Below the pieces are notes generated by a model that worked only from the letters and a program-made list of their open reading frames with translations, was not told the origin of the DNA and did not search any database. A program made the position numbers and the translations under genes. A stretch of 63,354 bases of DNA, the filler included, from Stramenopiles sp. TOSAG23-3 (lineage: Eukaryota): the NCBI GenBank assembly GCA_900128585.1. It is 9 parts of 9 records of this genome, joined end to end, with 100 filler letters (N's around TTAATTAATTAA, not from the genome) between each part and the next. Parts side by side here need not be neighbours in the genome. Positions count along the whole stretch, not along the records: positions 33,728 to 44,855 come from LT642758.1; positions 44,956 to 56,081 come from LT642759.1; 7 more parts are not named here. The stretch is one strand, 5' to 3'. Positions 44,324 through 54,604 of this stretch are shown here, piece by piece (the first letter of the stretch is position 1; each line of letters starts with the position of its first letter).

Positions 44324-44707
44324 GAAAGTTTACAGCTATTTGTTTTCAAAATTATAACTCCTCGGTATAACGTATTCCTTCGTTATATGTTTGATTGTAA
44401 AGATATATTATTGAACGTAAATGTTTGGGTCTCTGAGAACCTCTCTAAAGAAGTATTCTCTACTGTACGTTTTAATTAACTAATCTGCAAATCTTTTTTT
44501 GATATTAAAATATTATTGTTGAGAGAATAATAAAATATAAAATAATAAAAATTGAGAAATTTTTTTTTTAAAATAAATACTACTACAATAATATAATGAT
44601 GATATTTTTTAATAATAATTAATTAATAACTGTAATCCACATTAATAATAGTCTCTAGAAGAATCGTGAAACAATCATCTTTTTTGTTTTTATCTTATTT
44701 TTTTACG

Positions 44708-44834
44708 AAATCGTGCAACAAAGTGTTTCACTATTCTAAAATAACGAGATATTCTATTTTAATGCTGTGCGCCTCTTAATTGCAAAAAATAACACTTATC
44801 CAAGAGAATCGTGAAACAGTTTGTTGCACGATTT
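44708..44834. mobile_element. MITE-like element: 30-bp inverted repeats around a 67-bp core
   Basis: 44708-44737 matches the reverse complement of 44805-44834 at 28/30 nt. The repeat is certain; mobility is inferred. Confidence 0.5.
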
Positions 44835-44855
44835 TAGTACACCTCTTTGTATTCA

Positions 44856-44955
44856 NNNNNNNNNNNNNNNNNNNNNNNNNNNNNNNNNNNNNNNNNNNNT
44901 TAATTAATTAANNNNNNNNNNNNNNNNNNNNNNNNNNNNNNNNNNNNNNNNNNNN
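44856..44955. other. Artificial contig linker
   Basis: 44N-TTAATTAATTAA-44N. Confidence 0.99.
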
Positions 44956-45499
44956 ATAGTAGTACTAAGTCTATTTAATATTTAATTTAAGATAGAATAC
45001 ATCATCCATCATCCATCATATTTTATTATTATTATTAATAATTTAAAATAAATACAATTTAATAATTAATTAAATAAACTATAATACATTATATAGGAGG
45101 AAAGAGTGTTTAAAATAGTATTTAATTATTAATTAAAAATATATAATTATTTATTAAAAATTAGATTTATTCGTTACACCTCCTCAAAAATAAATATATT
45201 ATTTACAACAAGATTAATAACATGTAAACAAAAAGAGAATGGATGTTATTCAACAACAACAACAATAACAAGCAACAAAAAAACAGCAACAAAAATGCAA
45301 CGAATCATCTATCTCTCGACGATATTTTAAAAAACTATACTTAAGAAGAATTAAACTAAAGCTTGATGCGCACTTTGAAAGAAGTAAGAGGTTTTAAAAG
45401 TTCGTGTGTATTTCGTGGCAAGGTTGGTGGAAAATTCCAGGCATAGCAAAACGTTCTGAGATATTGTACATTTGAAAGAACCTCTGTGCGAACACCACG

Positions 45500-45949
45500 A
45501 TGGGAAAGAAAGGGGTAAAGAAGAAGAAGAAGAAGAAGACTAAGAAGGCAACCAGCTCGTTGCTTGGGGACCTTGGAGGAATCGAGGTTGAAGTGGCAGA
45601 AAAGGTCGATAAATTTGTGAACTGTCAGTTGAAACTAATCAATTGGATCTTTTTGGATTTCGAATTAAAGCAGTGCAATGTTGAGAAGATGAGGCTCTTT
45701 ACAATCAAGCGAAAGATAAAGGAGAGGCATGGGCGCATCAAAGATTTAAAAGTGTACATGGGCACCGTGTCTCCTTCGACAGAGCTTACGGACGACATGG
45801 CAACGCTGTCGCAGATGGGTGTGGAAGGTAGTGAAAAGAGCGAAATCGATGAGCCAGATGAGATTGTTTTGTACTATGATTTCAAGCCGTACGAACACAA
45901 CGACCCATTGCTGCTGGTAGACCCACGCGGTGCAAACCTGAAAAAGTAA
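45500..45949 (+). CDS. Small protein with Lys-rich N-terminus and probable ubiquitin-like fold
   Basis: MGKKGVKKKKKKK then a beta-grasp-like pattern (IKRKIKERHGRIKDLKVY...LTDDMATLSQMGV...IVLYYDF). Confidence 0.75.
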   Translation: MGKKGVKKKKKKKTKKATSSLLGDLGGIEVEVAEKVDKFVNCQLKLINWIFLDFELKQCNVEKMRLFTIKRKIKERHGRIKDLKVYMGTVSPSTELTDDMATLSQMGVEGSEKSEIDEPDEIVLYYDFKPYEHNDPLLLVDPRGANLKK

Positions 45950-46221
45950 GCGACCGGCCGGCCCGCCCAGAGATGGGTCGTAAACGAAAAATAGCCGTGA
46001 ACTTGCAGCAGGCCTACTCAAAAAGACCAGGGCGTGAGAAACATACGTGCACGTGCCGTGCCGCCCGTAGGCCGACCCTTGCCACTTCAACGTTCGCGGT
46101 AATTGTACAGGAAATAAAAATACACATTAACTTACGAATAACCTACGTACAAAATGTTAAAAGCACCTCCTCCCAGAAACTCTTCTTTCAGCACATGTGC
46201 AGGCTGTAATCGTGGCCGGTC

Positions 46222-46794
46222 GTGAAAGCTTTGTGGCACGTTTCACACTCGAACGCAGGGGGCCAGCGGTCCCGAAAATCTTTGCGGGACTGGTTGTACC
46301 GCGGCCACAGAGGCAGGGTAACCGCGCTGATGATGGTGCACGAAGCCGAAATGGACATGGTAAGTTTTCTGGAGATGAGGAGTGCCATGGCCACCAAGAT
46401 CAACAATAGGGTGCGGATATATTTGTCACACCGACGAGTTGATTCCCGGCAAAGCGCGCGGCACTGTGTCGCATTACTGTGGAGCATTGCGGCGGGAAAA
46501 GCCAATGTCATTGAGCAACGGAACAGGACGACACGGGCGAGGCGCTTGGAAGCGATTCGGCAGCAGGACGAGGAAGATTACGTATGCGCAGAGATCAAGC
46601 GGGCCATGAGCGAGGAAGTGACGAGTAGAGTGAGTAAGTGGAAGGCGAGGTGGTGGTTACCCGGAAAGCACTACATCATTGCAAGAAAGTATGGCCGGAA
46701 GGGCAGGGACCCAAGGGAGATACTGTCGAAGGAGATGTTGAGTACGTTGAGCGCAAGGGTTAGGCGGGCCCCGTCCGTCGAATTTCTTACGTGA
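46222..46794 (+). CDS. Possible CDS or gene fragment, basic helical protein with an IQ-like segment
   Basis: 190-codon GC-rich frame (first ATG internal); AMATKINNRVRIYLSHRR resembles an IQ motif; overlaps the 3' end of the thioredoxin ORF. Confidence 0.4.
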   Translation: MKALWHVSHSNAGGQRSRKSLRDWLYRGHRGRVTALMMVHEAEMDMVSFLEMRSAMATKINNRVRIYLSHRRVDSRQSARHCVALLWSIAAGKANVIEQRNRTTRARRLEAIRQQDEEDYVCAEIKRAMSEEVTSRVSKWKARWWLPGKHYIIARKYGRKGRDPREILSKEMLSTLSARVRRAPSVEFLT

Positions 46795-47099
46795 AGAATT
46801 GTGGGGAACCCGTCGATGGCGTACCTTTTTGATAACGTGCGCTCCTTCGTCGCGTCGACCTTAAAGAACCCAATTACCTTGCTCTGGCTCGAAAAGTACT
46901 TTGCGGCGGTGTTGAATTCGGGTTCGAGCTTTTTGCAGTGCCCGCACCATGGTGCGTAGAACTCGACCATGGCGTTCGGAACGGCGGACAGGGCCGAGTC
47001 AAAGTCGTCGTCGTGGAGGGCGATCACCTGGCCCTCCTGGGCACCGGCCAGCGGGACTCCGCATGCTAACAGCAGGAGGCATGCGTATGCAGGGTGCAT
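46671..47099 (-). CDS. Thioredoxin/PDI-type domain protein with signal peptide, possibly truncated
   Basis: Leader MHPAYACLLLLACGVPLAGA; MVEFYAPWCGHCKKLEPEF, KVDAT, GFPTI. Confidence 0.85.
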   Translation of the reverse strand: MHPAYACLLLLACGVPLAGAQEGQVIALHDDDFDSALSAVPNAMVEFYAPWCGHCKKLEPEFNTAAKYFSSQSKVIGFFKVDATKERTLSKRYAIDGFPTILHVRNSTDGARLTLALNVLNISFDSISLGSLPFRPYFLAMM

Positions 47100-48534
47100 T
47101 GTGGGCGTTGGGGGAACGTTGGGTAGTGCACAAAAGCGTCTGCGGGGAGAGAGTAATGCCACTGGAAAATGTCTTTCAAATATAGTAAACGGTACGTGCG
47201 TTAGGTGATAATACAAAATCGTCCAATAGGAAAGATTCTACGAATACGTTCAAGATTCTGAATATCTATCTATCTATATATATATATAATATATACGATG
47301 TATCGAAACATTTAGAAAAAATTGTATGCAAGCTTAAACTTAATATGTAGTATCTCTTCTTATACAAAATTCCTTTTTCTCTTCTTCTTTTGTTGAAATT
47401 TGAAAAATGCTTTTTTTTTTATCACCTTTTTTATTAATAAATCACATCATTTTTTTAAAAACATTTTAACTGACGTTATTAACAACTACGCAGCACTAAA
47501 TTCAATATAAAAAAAGAGGATTAAAAAAGGGATGTGAGGTCATGATTTGCTTAAGCTTAATTAAAAACAAAATATTTTATTAAAAAAAAGAAAGCATTAA
47601 TAATATAAAAATAGCAAGTAAACATTTCATTCAATTAAAAAAAGAAATGAAAATGAAAATGAAAATGAAAAGTAGAAATCTCTCCTCTTCCAGCCTCCAG
47701 CCTCCTCTCTCTCTCTCTCTCTCTCCCTCTCTCTCATAAATTAGGCCTAAAAATAAGTACATTTATTTTATATAATAATTTATTCACTCAGAAATCTTTT
47801 ATCTGATTGGTTCAATTTTTTATCATAATTATACGGTAGTAGTAGCGCTACAACTATTATAAAATACTAGACTATATAAACACAAGATGAGGATGTCTTG
47901 ACTCCTCCTCGTAGCTTACGAGGCTACGAAGTTAGTATAATAATTGAAATTAAAAGATATTTTATTTATTCTTTTGTTTTTCTAATACTCTGTCTATATA
48001 GATAATTCTACGAATAGGGTATTTATATATAGTAGACTACACGTACTCCTCGTATGTAGTCTAATATACCCATAGTAAAACTAAACTAAAACTAAACTAG
48101 CGAAGTAATTGAAATTATTATTATTTATTCTTCTATTCATCATTGTCCTTATTGTTATTATTGTAATAAATAATCTAATAATGGGTCGAAGAAATGAGGA
48201 TGAAGAAATAAAACAAGAACTAATAATGTTACAAACAACAGAACAACAACACAGCATAGAGGGGAGTGTCTTTTTTTTTTATTTAATTAATTATTATTTT
48301 TCGATCTTCTTCTTTCTTTCTTCTTTCTTCTTCTTCTTCTTCGTCTTCGAAATATTATTATTAAAATTCAATATATGTAAACGATGTTTCCTCGTATCCT
48401 TGTAAACACAACTTATCGTCCCTTTCTGATGTATCTGATATTTTTCTGTTCAAAACATTTCTAATTCTTTCTTTTATTTGTTCTCTGGGTACACACATCA
48501 TATAAATAAGGGCGTGGTAAGACTACCGTTCAGA

Positions 48535-49510
48535 ATGGAATCTTTAAAGAAAGACTTCGACGTGGAACGGGAGTCGGTTGGAAACTGGAGCGGGAAACTA
48601 AGCGGGAACTGGCAGGTGGGGAAAATTCCTTCGGGGGGGCTACTCCACCTATGTGGTTTTGAAGTGTATTGTTGGAGAGTTGAAGGCTGCTTCTACGGAA
48701 CCGCCTCCTTCAGGGCAGAAAAGGCCCCCAAATGCACACTCTGAAGTATTGAGTGCAAACGTCCATTTTTTGAACCGTATGGTTCCTGGCCATTTTCAGA
48801 CGCGGGTGTCCGTGCTAAAGTCGGGTAAGAGCACGTCGACCGTTGCCGCGTCCCTGTTCCAGAACAATAGAAAATGCCTTCATGTTGTTGCAACGTGTGC
48901 AGAAGTACAAATATCAGTAGAAAAAGGACCCAACCTGGCTGACCTTTCCAATCGCTCGACTCCGCCCGTATTGCCACCTCTTGCTGAGTGTGTCAGGCTC
49001 GACGCGGGCGACAATAATCAGCAGAGCGTACGCTCCAGGGTAAGGATGCGCGTCCCCCTGGAGACTGCGCAACGTTACCAAGACTGTAGGACGACCAGAG
49101 ATGATGGTACGTACAACGAAGAAATGTTGGTTAAACGGCAGAAAGCGGTAAAGAATGGAATTGCAAAGTACTCGGGGTATTGCTTTTTCGAAGATGGGTC
49201 GGAGCCTTCGCTGGCGGCTGCGCCTCTGTATTTGGACGCGTCCATCCCCCCTATTCTTGGGGCATATGTGACGGGGTGGGTTCCTACCATCAACTGGACC
49301 ATTCAATTTCGCCAGCGTCCCGCTCCAGGGCCCTTGAAATTTAGTTTTGAGACCACGGGAATTTTTGGAGGGTATTTAGAAGAAGACGGGCGCATTTGGG
49401 ACTCGAACGGGGCGCTTGTTGCGATGTCCAGACAGATAGCAATGGTTGGTGTTTCACAGTCTCAAAATAACAATTCCATCCACCAGAGTAGCAAACTTGC
49501 TGCGCTATAA
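48535..49510 (+). CDS. Double hot-dog acyl-CoA thioesterase-like protein, frameshifted at a G7 run
   Basis: MESLKKDF...WQVGKIPSGG joins YSTYVVLKC if one G is removed from 48633-48639; downstream VLKSGKSTSTV, WVPTINWTIQFR, GGYLEEDGRIWDSNGALVAMSRQ. Confidence 0.85.
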
Positions 49511-49661
49511 AATTCTTTTCCAAACTTGTCTAAGAAGGGGTTACTGTAGGGCTTGTGACATAAAAAATGCAATACTTATTACGTGTAAAATTTACATTTT
49601 TGTAACATCAAAATGAATGCGAAAGAATTACGTGATTCATATTACCAGCAGGGGTGTTTTT

Positions 49662-50900
49662 TCATTTTCTTACTACAGCTGAGGCAAGAAAGGCCACCCC
49701 AAGGGTCAGGGCCAGTTTTAACAGCGGGGCGAGGGTCTTGTTTCTCTTTTCTTTGGCTCTTATCGCTGGGGTGCCATAGATGGCAGGAGTAAACTCTCTG
49801 GTGTCTTCTTTCGAGTGGATTTTTCTTCGCAAGACAGTTTCACGCAGGCGTTCCCGTGTCAGATGAATATAGCTGATCTCAAGGGGTGCTTTGGAGGGCC
49901 TATTGGATTCCCACGTGGAACGCGCGGGATGTCCTTGGGGGTATATGGTGCAGACAGTATTCTTCGGGATGACTCTCCACCCCTTGCCTGCAAAATCCAA
50001 TGGTTCGCTTGACACTAGAACAGTGTCCAAAATCCCATGCTGGTCGACGTATGATCTTTGCTTTTTCAGTTTCTGTCTCAGATTGTTTGCGCCCTCGGTG
50101 ATTTTGTAGCACGCTCCGTGCGCGATGTATAGACTGGGCGGGTCGTCCTTTTTTCCAGAACGAAACCGTGAAACGACTACTACGTTACCGTCTGTGACTG
50201 CAAAGTTAAGGCTGTTTTTTGCAGATGGCACCGGCTCGTCATCCTCGTCTACGTCACTCAAACTTCCCGTAGCCCACTCCAAGTGAGCTATCATGTTGAC
50301 GAAAGCGTCTTCAATGACCTCTTGAGGCTGTTTTTTCGTAAAGTCGCCGTCAGGAAGGTACGACAGAAAAAGCGCAAAGGCTACCTCACTGTCCGTTGAC
50401 CCGTAGATTATTTTATTTATGTGAACCGGCAATCCGTAGCACAGGTCCCTTTTTATCTCTGCGAAACGGTTGATCCCTCCGTTGTGCATAAACATGTAAC
50501 GTCCCGCTTGGAACGGGTGACAATTGAATTCATGGACGGGGCTGAACGGCCCTGCTGCCCGAATGTGGCTGAAAATCAAGTGAGAACGAATGCTTCTCGC
50601 AAGTCTTCGCAAATTCCTATCATGACTTGGAGCAATAGCCCCAGTATAGATTCCTGGCCTTTCATCGATTCTTAGGTTCTGGTAATTGAATAAGTCCAAG
50701 GAGTGGTTTTCAGTGAACAAAGGGTACCACCCCAGGCCACTTCCGTGCACGTTTACTCTATTATTCCGGGCGTCGTTTTCCGAAACCTCAGGGGTATACG
50801 CCTCGACATCCTCAGACTGATTGATAAGCCCGTGCCCGGCAAAAAACAAAATGTTTGCTGGGCAAACGGCGTCTCCAAAGTATAACAACCAGCGACACAT
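49662..50900 (-). CDS. Class II (Ntn) glutamine amidotransferase, EgtC/DUG3-like, with C-terminal hydrophobic tail
   Basis: N-terminal MCRWLLY, G.GLGWY, FSHIRAA, NCHPF, FMHNGGI, GSTDSE, LNFAVTDG, VSSEPL. Confidence 0.92.
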   Translation of the reverse strand: MCRWLLYFGDAVCPANILFFAGHGLINQSEDVEAYTPEVSENDARNNRVNVHGSGLGWYPLFTENHSLDLFNYQNLRIDERPGIYTGAIAPSHDRNLRRLARSIRSHLIFSHIRAAGPFSPVHEFNCHPFQAGRYMFMHNGGINRFAEIKRDLCYGLPVHINKIIYGSTDSEVAFALFLSYLPDGDFTKKQPQEVIEDAFVNMIAHLEWATGSLSDVDEDDEPVPSAKNSLNFAVTDGNVVVVSRFRSGKKDDPPSLYIAHGACYKITEGANNLRQKLKKQRSYVDQHGILDTVLVSSEPLDFAGKGWRVIPKNTVCTIYPQGHPARSTWESNRPSKAPLEISYIHLTRERLRETVLRRKIHSKEDTREFTPAIYGTPAIRAKEKRNKTLAPLLKLALTLGVAFLASAVVRK

Positions 50901-51378
50901 TTACAACTCAATAACACTCGTCAACCAAATATTCTCAACGTCTTTCCAGTTTTACTGATACTAAGTTTCATTTTTGTTCGGAAAGGATTTCAACAAATCT
51001 GTACTTCAAATTGCACGAACAGATTGAGGTACCAATTATAATAACCGCAAATATAAGGGTCGTCAATAAATAATAAACTGATCGCACCAAGACAACAGAC
51101 ACCAAGAAGGAAAACTGCTGCCAGGTATCCGTACCGTACCTGTACCTACCGTACGTATTTAATAGACTGACTATTATATTAATTCCTACCTGTACGTACG
51201 ATAATACCCGTGCCTGTTCCTCTGCTCTATTGTTTCTCATTTGTATTACCTGTACCGGTACCGTACCGGTTCGTTCAGTCCTCGTACTTTAGTCATTCTT
51301 ATTATATATATAGACAAGAAGGGATTACCATTATTTTACTTCTTGGTGGCGTAAAACACGCCTTTTTCACTTCCCCGA

Positions 51379-52569
51379 TCATTTTAAGCTAACGCAATCA
51401 CTGGGGACTGGACAGCGTTTTCTCACAATATTTGGGCGGCCCGGCATGTTTTCTCTATCCTCTGTGATGCTCTTGCGTTCTATAGAAAAGGGGATTTTCT
51501 TTCTGACTCCGACTGGAGAACTGAACAGTTTCCGAATGTGGTTTTGTTTCTGTGCTGAACCTATCTTAAAGTTTATCGTCGAATCGAAAGGATCCTTAGC
51601 AAATTCGCTCTCTGGGCCTGCAACATCCACGCTGATGCTGTTAACAACTTTGTCCGTGTTTTTAAAGCAGGAAACGGAGGGAGAACTTATCTGGTTCTTG
51701 TCCAAGATCGCTTTCAACCGTTTCGCGTATCTTTCCCAATCGTACTGGTCGGCTGGGCTGGGAGCTTTGGGGTCGACCCTTTGGCGACCATTCTGCGTTT
51801 GACTAATAGAGCCCTTTGGAGGGGAAATTTGGGGCAAGAGGGTCCTGTGAGGCCGTTTTCTCGACTTGTACACTTTTACATTGTCCCTCTTTTTGGAACA
51901 ACGACTATTTTCTACGGCTACGACCCCTTTTCTGTTCTTGATCGACACGTCCGCGCCTTTGCGAAGCAAGAACTCCTCCGCTTTTTTCTTTTGAAAAAAG
52001 ATTGCAAAATGCAACGGAGTGTTTCCCTTAAGAGTTTTCGCGTTGAGGTCGAGTTTGTTGTCCTGATTTTGTGGATGGTAGTGCTCGAACAAAGTCTTCA
52101 TGGACCCAACGTGCCCGTTCGCGCTCGCCAAGTGGAGGGCCGTCTCTCCCCTGCTGTTGACCTCCGCCGCGTTGGCCCCGCCCTCAAGAACAAGAAACTC
52201 TGTCACCTTTTCCCAGCCTTTGTGGCAAGAAATATGAAGCGCGGTGTTTCCTTCAAAATTTTTACTTAGTATGTTTGCGCCATGGAAGACTAACGTCTTG
52301 ACAATATCAATGAAACCGTTGCTACTTGCAATGTGGAGGGCTGTGCTACCATCGAGCTTCTGTGCCCCCAATTTTCCTCCGCGCAGAACAATCTGTTTCA
52401 GGGCCTCGAGCTGGTTGTTTCTTGCACAAAAGTGTGGGAGAGTCCAACCCCCTTTGTATATATGGTTAATATTTGCCCCATAAGCAATTGCAATGTCCAT
52501 CTCTTCTAGTTTTCCTTTCAGTACGCTTTTCCGCAGCTCCTGGTTCCAGTCTACCTTGAGGGGTTCCAT
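51379..52569 (-). CDS. Ankyrin-repeat protein with disordered C-terminus
   Basis: Repeats GWTLPHFC, GSTALHIA, GNTALHIS, GETALHLA, GNTPLHFA. First ATG at 52569. Confidence 0.92.
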   Translation of the reverse strand: MEPLKVDWNQELRKSVLKGKLEEMDIAIAYGANINHIYKGGWTLPHFCARNNQLEALKQIVLRGGKLGAQKLDGSTALHIASSNGFIDIVKTLVFHGANILSKNFEGNTALHISCHKGWEKVTEFLVLEGGANAAEVNSRGETALHLASANGHVGSMKTLFEHYHPQNQDNKLDLNAKTLKGNTPLHFAIFFQKKKAEEFLLRKGADVSIKNRKGVVAVENSRCSKKRDNVKVYKSRKRPHRTLLPQISPPKGSISQTQNGRQRVDPKAPSPADQYDWERYAKRLKAILDKNQISSPSVSCFKNTDKVVNSISVDVAGPESEFAKDPFDSTINFKIGSAQKQNHIRKLFSSPVGVRKKIPFSIERKSITEDRENMPGRPNIVRKRCPVPSDCVSLK

Positions 52570-54130
52570 TATCCTACAATTTTGAGAATCCCCGGAGTGG
52601 TCGCCCGCCAAGCTTCTTTGAAACTCTAGATTGTACAAATTATTGCTGCGGAGACACTGACTGGAGGAAGTCTTCTTTTTTCTATTCGCAAAAAGGTGAA
52701 GCAATGAATCCTACAGCAAAGAGATTTTCCAGACGACTGTTCAAAAAATGGTAGCAAGTTGATGGGTAAAACACAAATGTTAATACAGTCGTCTACAAAT
52801 CAGCAGAGCAAGTCAAAAACAACAACCGAGAAGAAGAAGAAGGAGGGAGGGGGAGGGGGGGGGGAGATCTTTTTATTCAATAAAGAGAAGAAGCAGTACG
52901 ACGAGGAGTGGTTAATAAATAGTACTAATGGCAGTAGCAGAGTACAAGTTCCTCCTATTATCGTACTGTGTGAATGCTTGTCTCTATAGCAGTTATTTTA
53001 ATTATTTAGAAAACTTTTTGAAAGACCACGACGATGATTGCATCAATGGTGAAACGGTTGATGATGAAGAAGGAGCATCAAGATAAAAATCTAAAATCTT
53101 ATAAATAAAATTTAGAAGAGTTTTTGACAATGAGTTCGTACACGAAAGTTATTTAGTCTATTAAAATATAAAATAAAGATCGAATCGAATGAGTTCGTAC
53201 ACCAAAGATTTTTAAAATAGTCTATCGAATGGTTTCAATGCCAAAATATTAATCTGTAGTAGTATCTTCTCCAAGATCCAAGAGTGAGCATTTTTTCTTT
53301 CTACTACTAATTTTTATATACAAATTATTTTATCCTATATAAATTATATAATTGCAAATTGAATTACGTATTTCCTATTTATCTTAGTATGTAACTCTGT
53401 ATTTATTTGTTTTTCCGATCGAATCAACCGATACTATAAGCCACCAATTAACACAAACACAGCACTGTGCCGTTTCTTTGAGTCCTGTACGTTGTGCTTC
53501 AATCCCATACTCTGTAACGTTATTAATCCCAAGAACATCTTCTTTCTTTGATTATTAAGGTATATTGTTTTGTTAGTAAATATTTATCAATTCACTATTA
53601 ATGCTATATTGTGTAAAACAATATACGAAAAGCGAGAAAAATTAATTCTTTGTTACTATATACTTAATTTAAGTAGCGGTAACAATTTATTAAATTGATG
53701 ACCAGCCTCATTTTCTTTTTTTTAATCTTAATGCTATATCTATGTTATTTAGATAATTGAAATATTATTTTATTATGTTCACTATGAAACTTTTTGCCCC
53801 TACTACTTCTATATTACTGTCATCAACACCACCGAGGTTCGCACAAAAAAATAAAATAAAATAAAAATTCCTTTAAATTACACACACACATCATTGGAAT
53901 CATTTGTAATAAATCATCATCACGCGGAATGTTGTTCAAGACGCACTGTCTGTTTGGTAGTATTTATTTTGTATCACTTGACTTTCCTCTTTGTTGTTGT
54001 TTCGTTTCTATTTAAAATCAGAATATATATATAGTTTCTGGAAAGAATTGCAAGTAGTGTATAAACATATAAAGAAAGTTACAAATTTAAATCTCGTTTT
54101 ATCAAACCAACAAAAGGAAAATATATTGCA

Positions 54131-54604
54131 ATGGGTGCCGGAGCCAGTGTAGCGCAAGAAACCAAAGATGTTCTTGCGACGGAAAGTGCAAAGGACCTTA
54201 CCGCGGCAGATGTAAATACTCCACGTGGAGAAAGTGCAAAAGCCGAAGTAATCAGGCTGCGAAAGCTATTGAAAGATCACTGTGCTACTGATGAAGCTGC
54301 CGCTGCCCCAGCCGAAGCTGCCCCAGCCGAAGCTGCCCCAGCCGCCGAGGAAAAGCCAGCCGAGGACGCTGCTCCAGCCGCCGAGGAAAAGCCAGCCGAG
54401 GAAGCCGCCCCAGCCGCTGAGGAAAAGCCAGCCGAGGAAGCCGCGCCAGCAGAAGCCGCCCCCGCCGCGGAGGAAAAGCCAGCCGAGGAAGCCGCACCAG
54501 CCGCTGAGGAAAAGCCAGCCGAAGAAGCCGCGCCAGCAGAAGCTGCCCCCGCCGCCGAAGAAGCCGCGAAGCCAGCAGAAGAAGCCGCTGCGCCAGCAGA
54601 GTAG
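54131..54604 (+). CDS. N-myristoylated acidic Ala/Glu/Pro-repeat protein
   Basis: MGAGAS fits MGxxxS; short helix SAKAEVIRLRKLL; tandem AAPAAEEKPAEE / AAPAE repeats with synonymous third-position variation. Confidence 0.88.
   Translation: MGAGASVAQETKDVLATESAKDLTAADVNTPRGESAKAEVIRLRKLLKDHCATDEAAAAPAEAAPAEAAPAAEEKPAEDAAPAAEEKPAEEAAPAAEEKPAEEAAPAEAAPAAEEKPAEEAAPAAEEKPAEEAAPAEAAPAAEEAAKPAEEAAAPAE

Noticed and set aside
54290-54600. Regular repeats that could suggest a CRISPR array or satellite
   Set aside because: In-frame coding repeats with synonymous variation and no unique spacers; no cas genes in a eukaryotic context.
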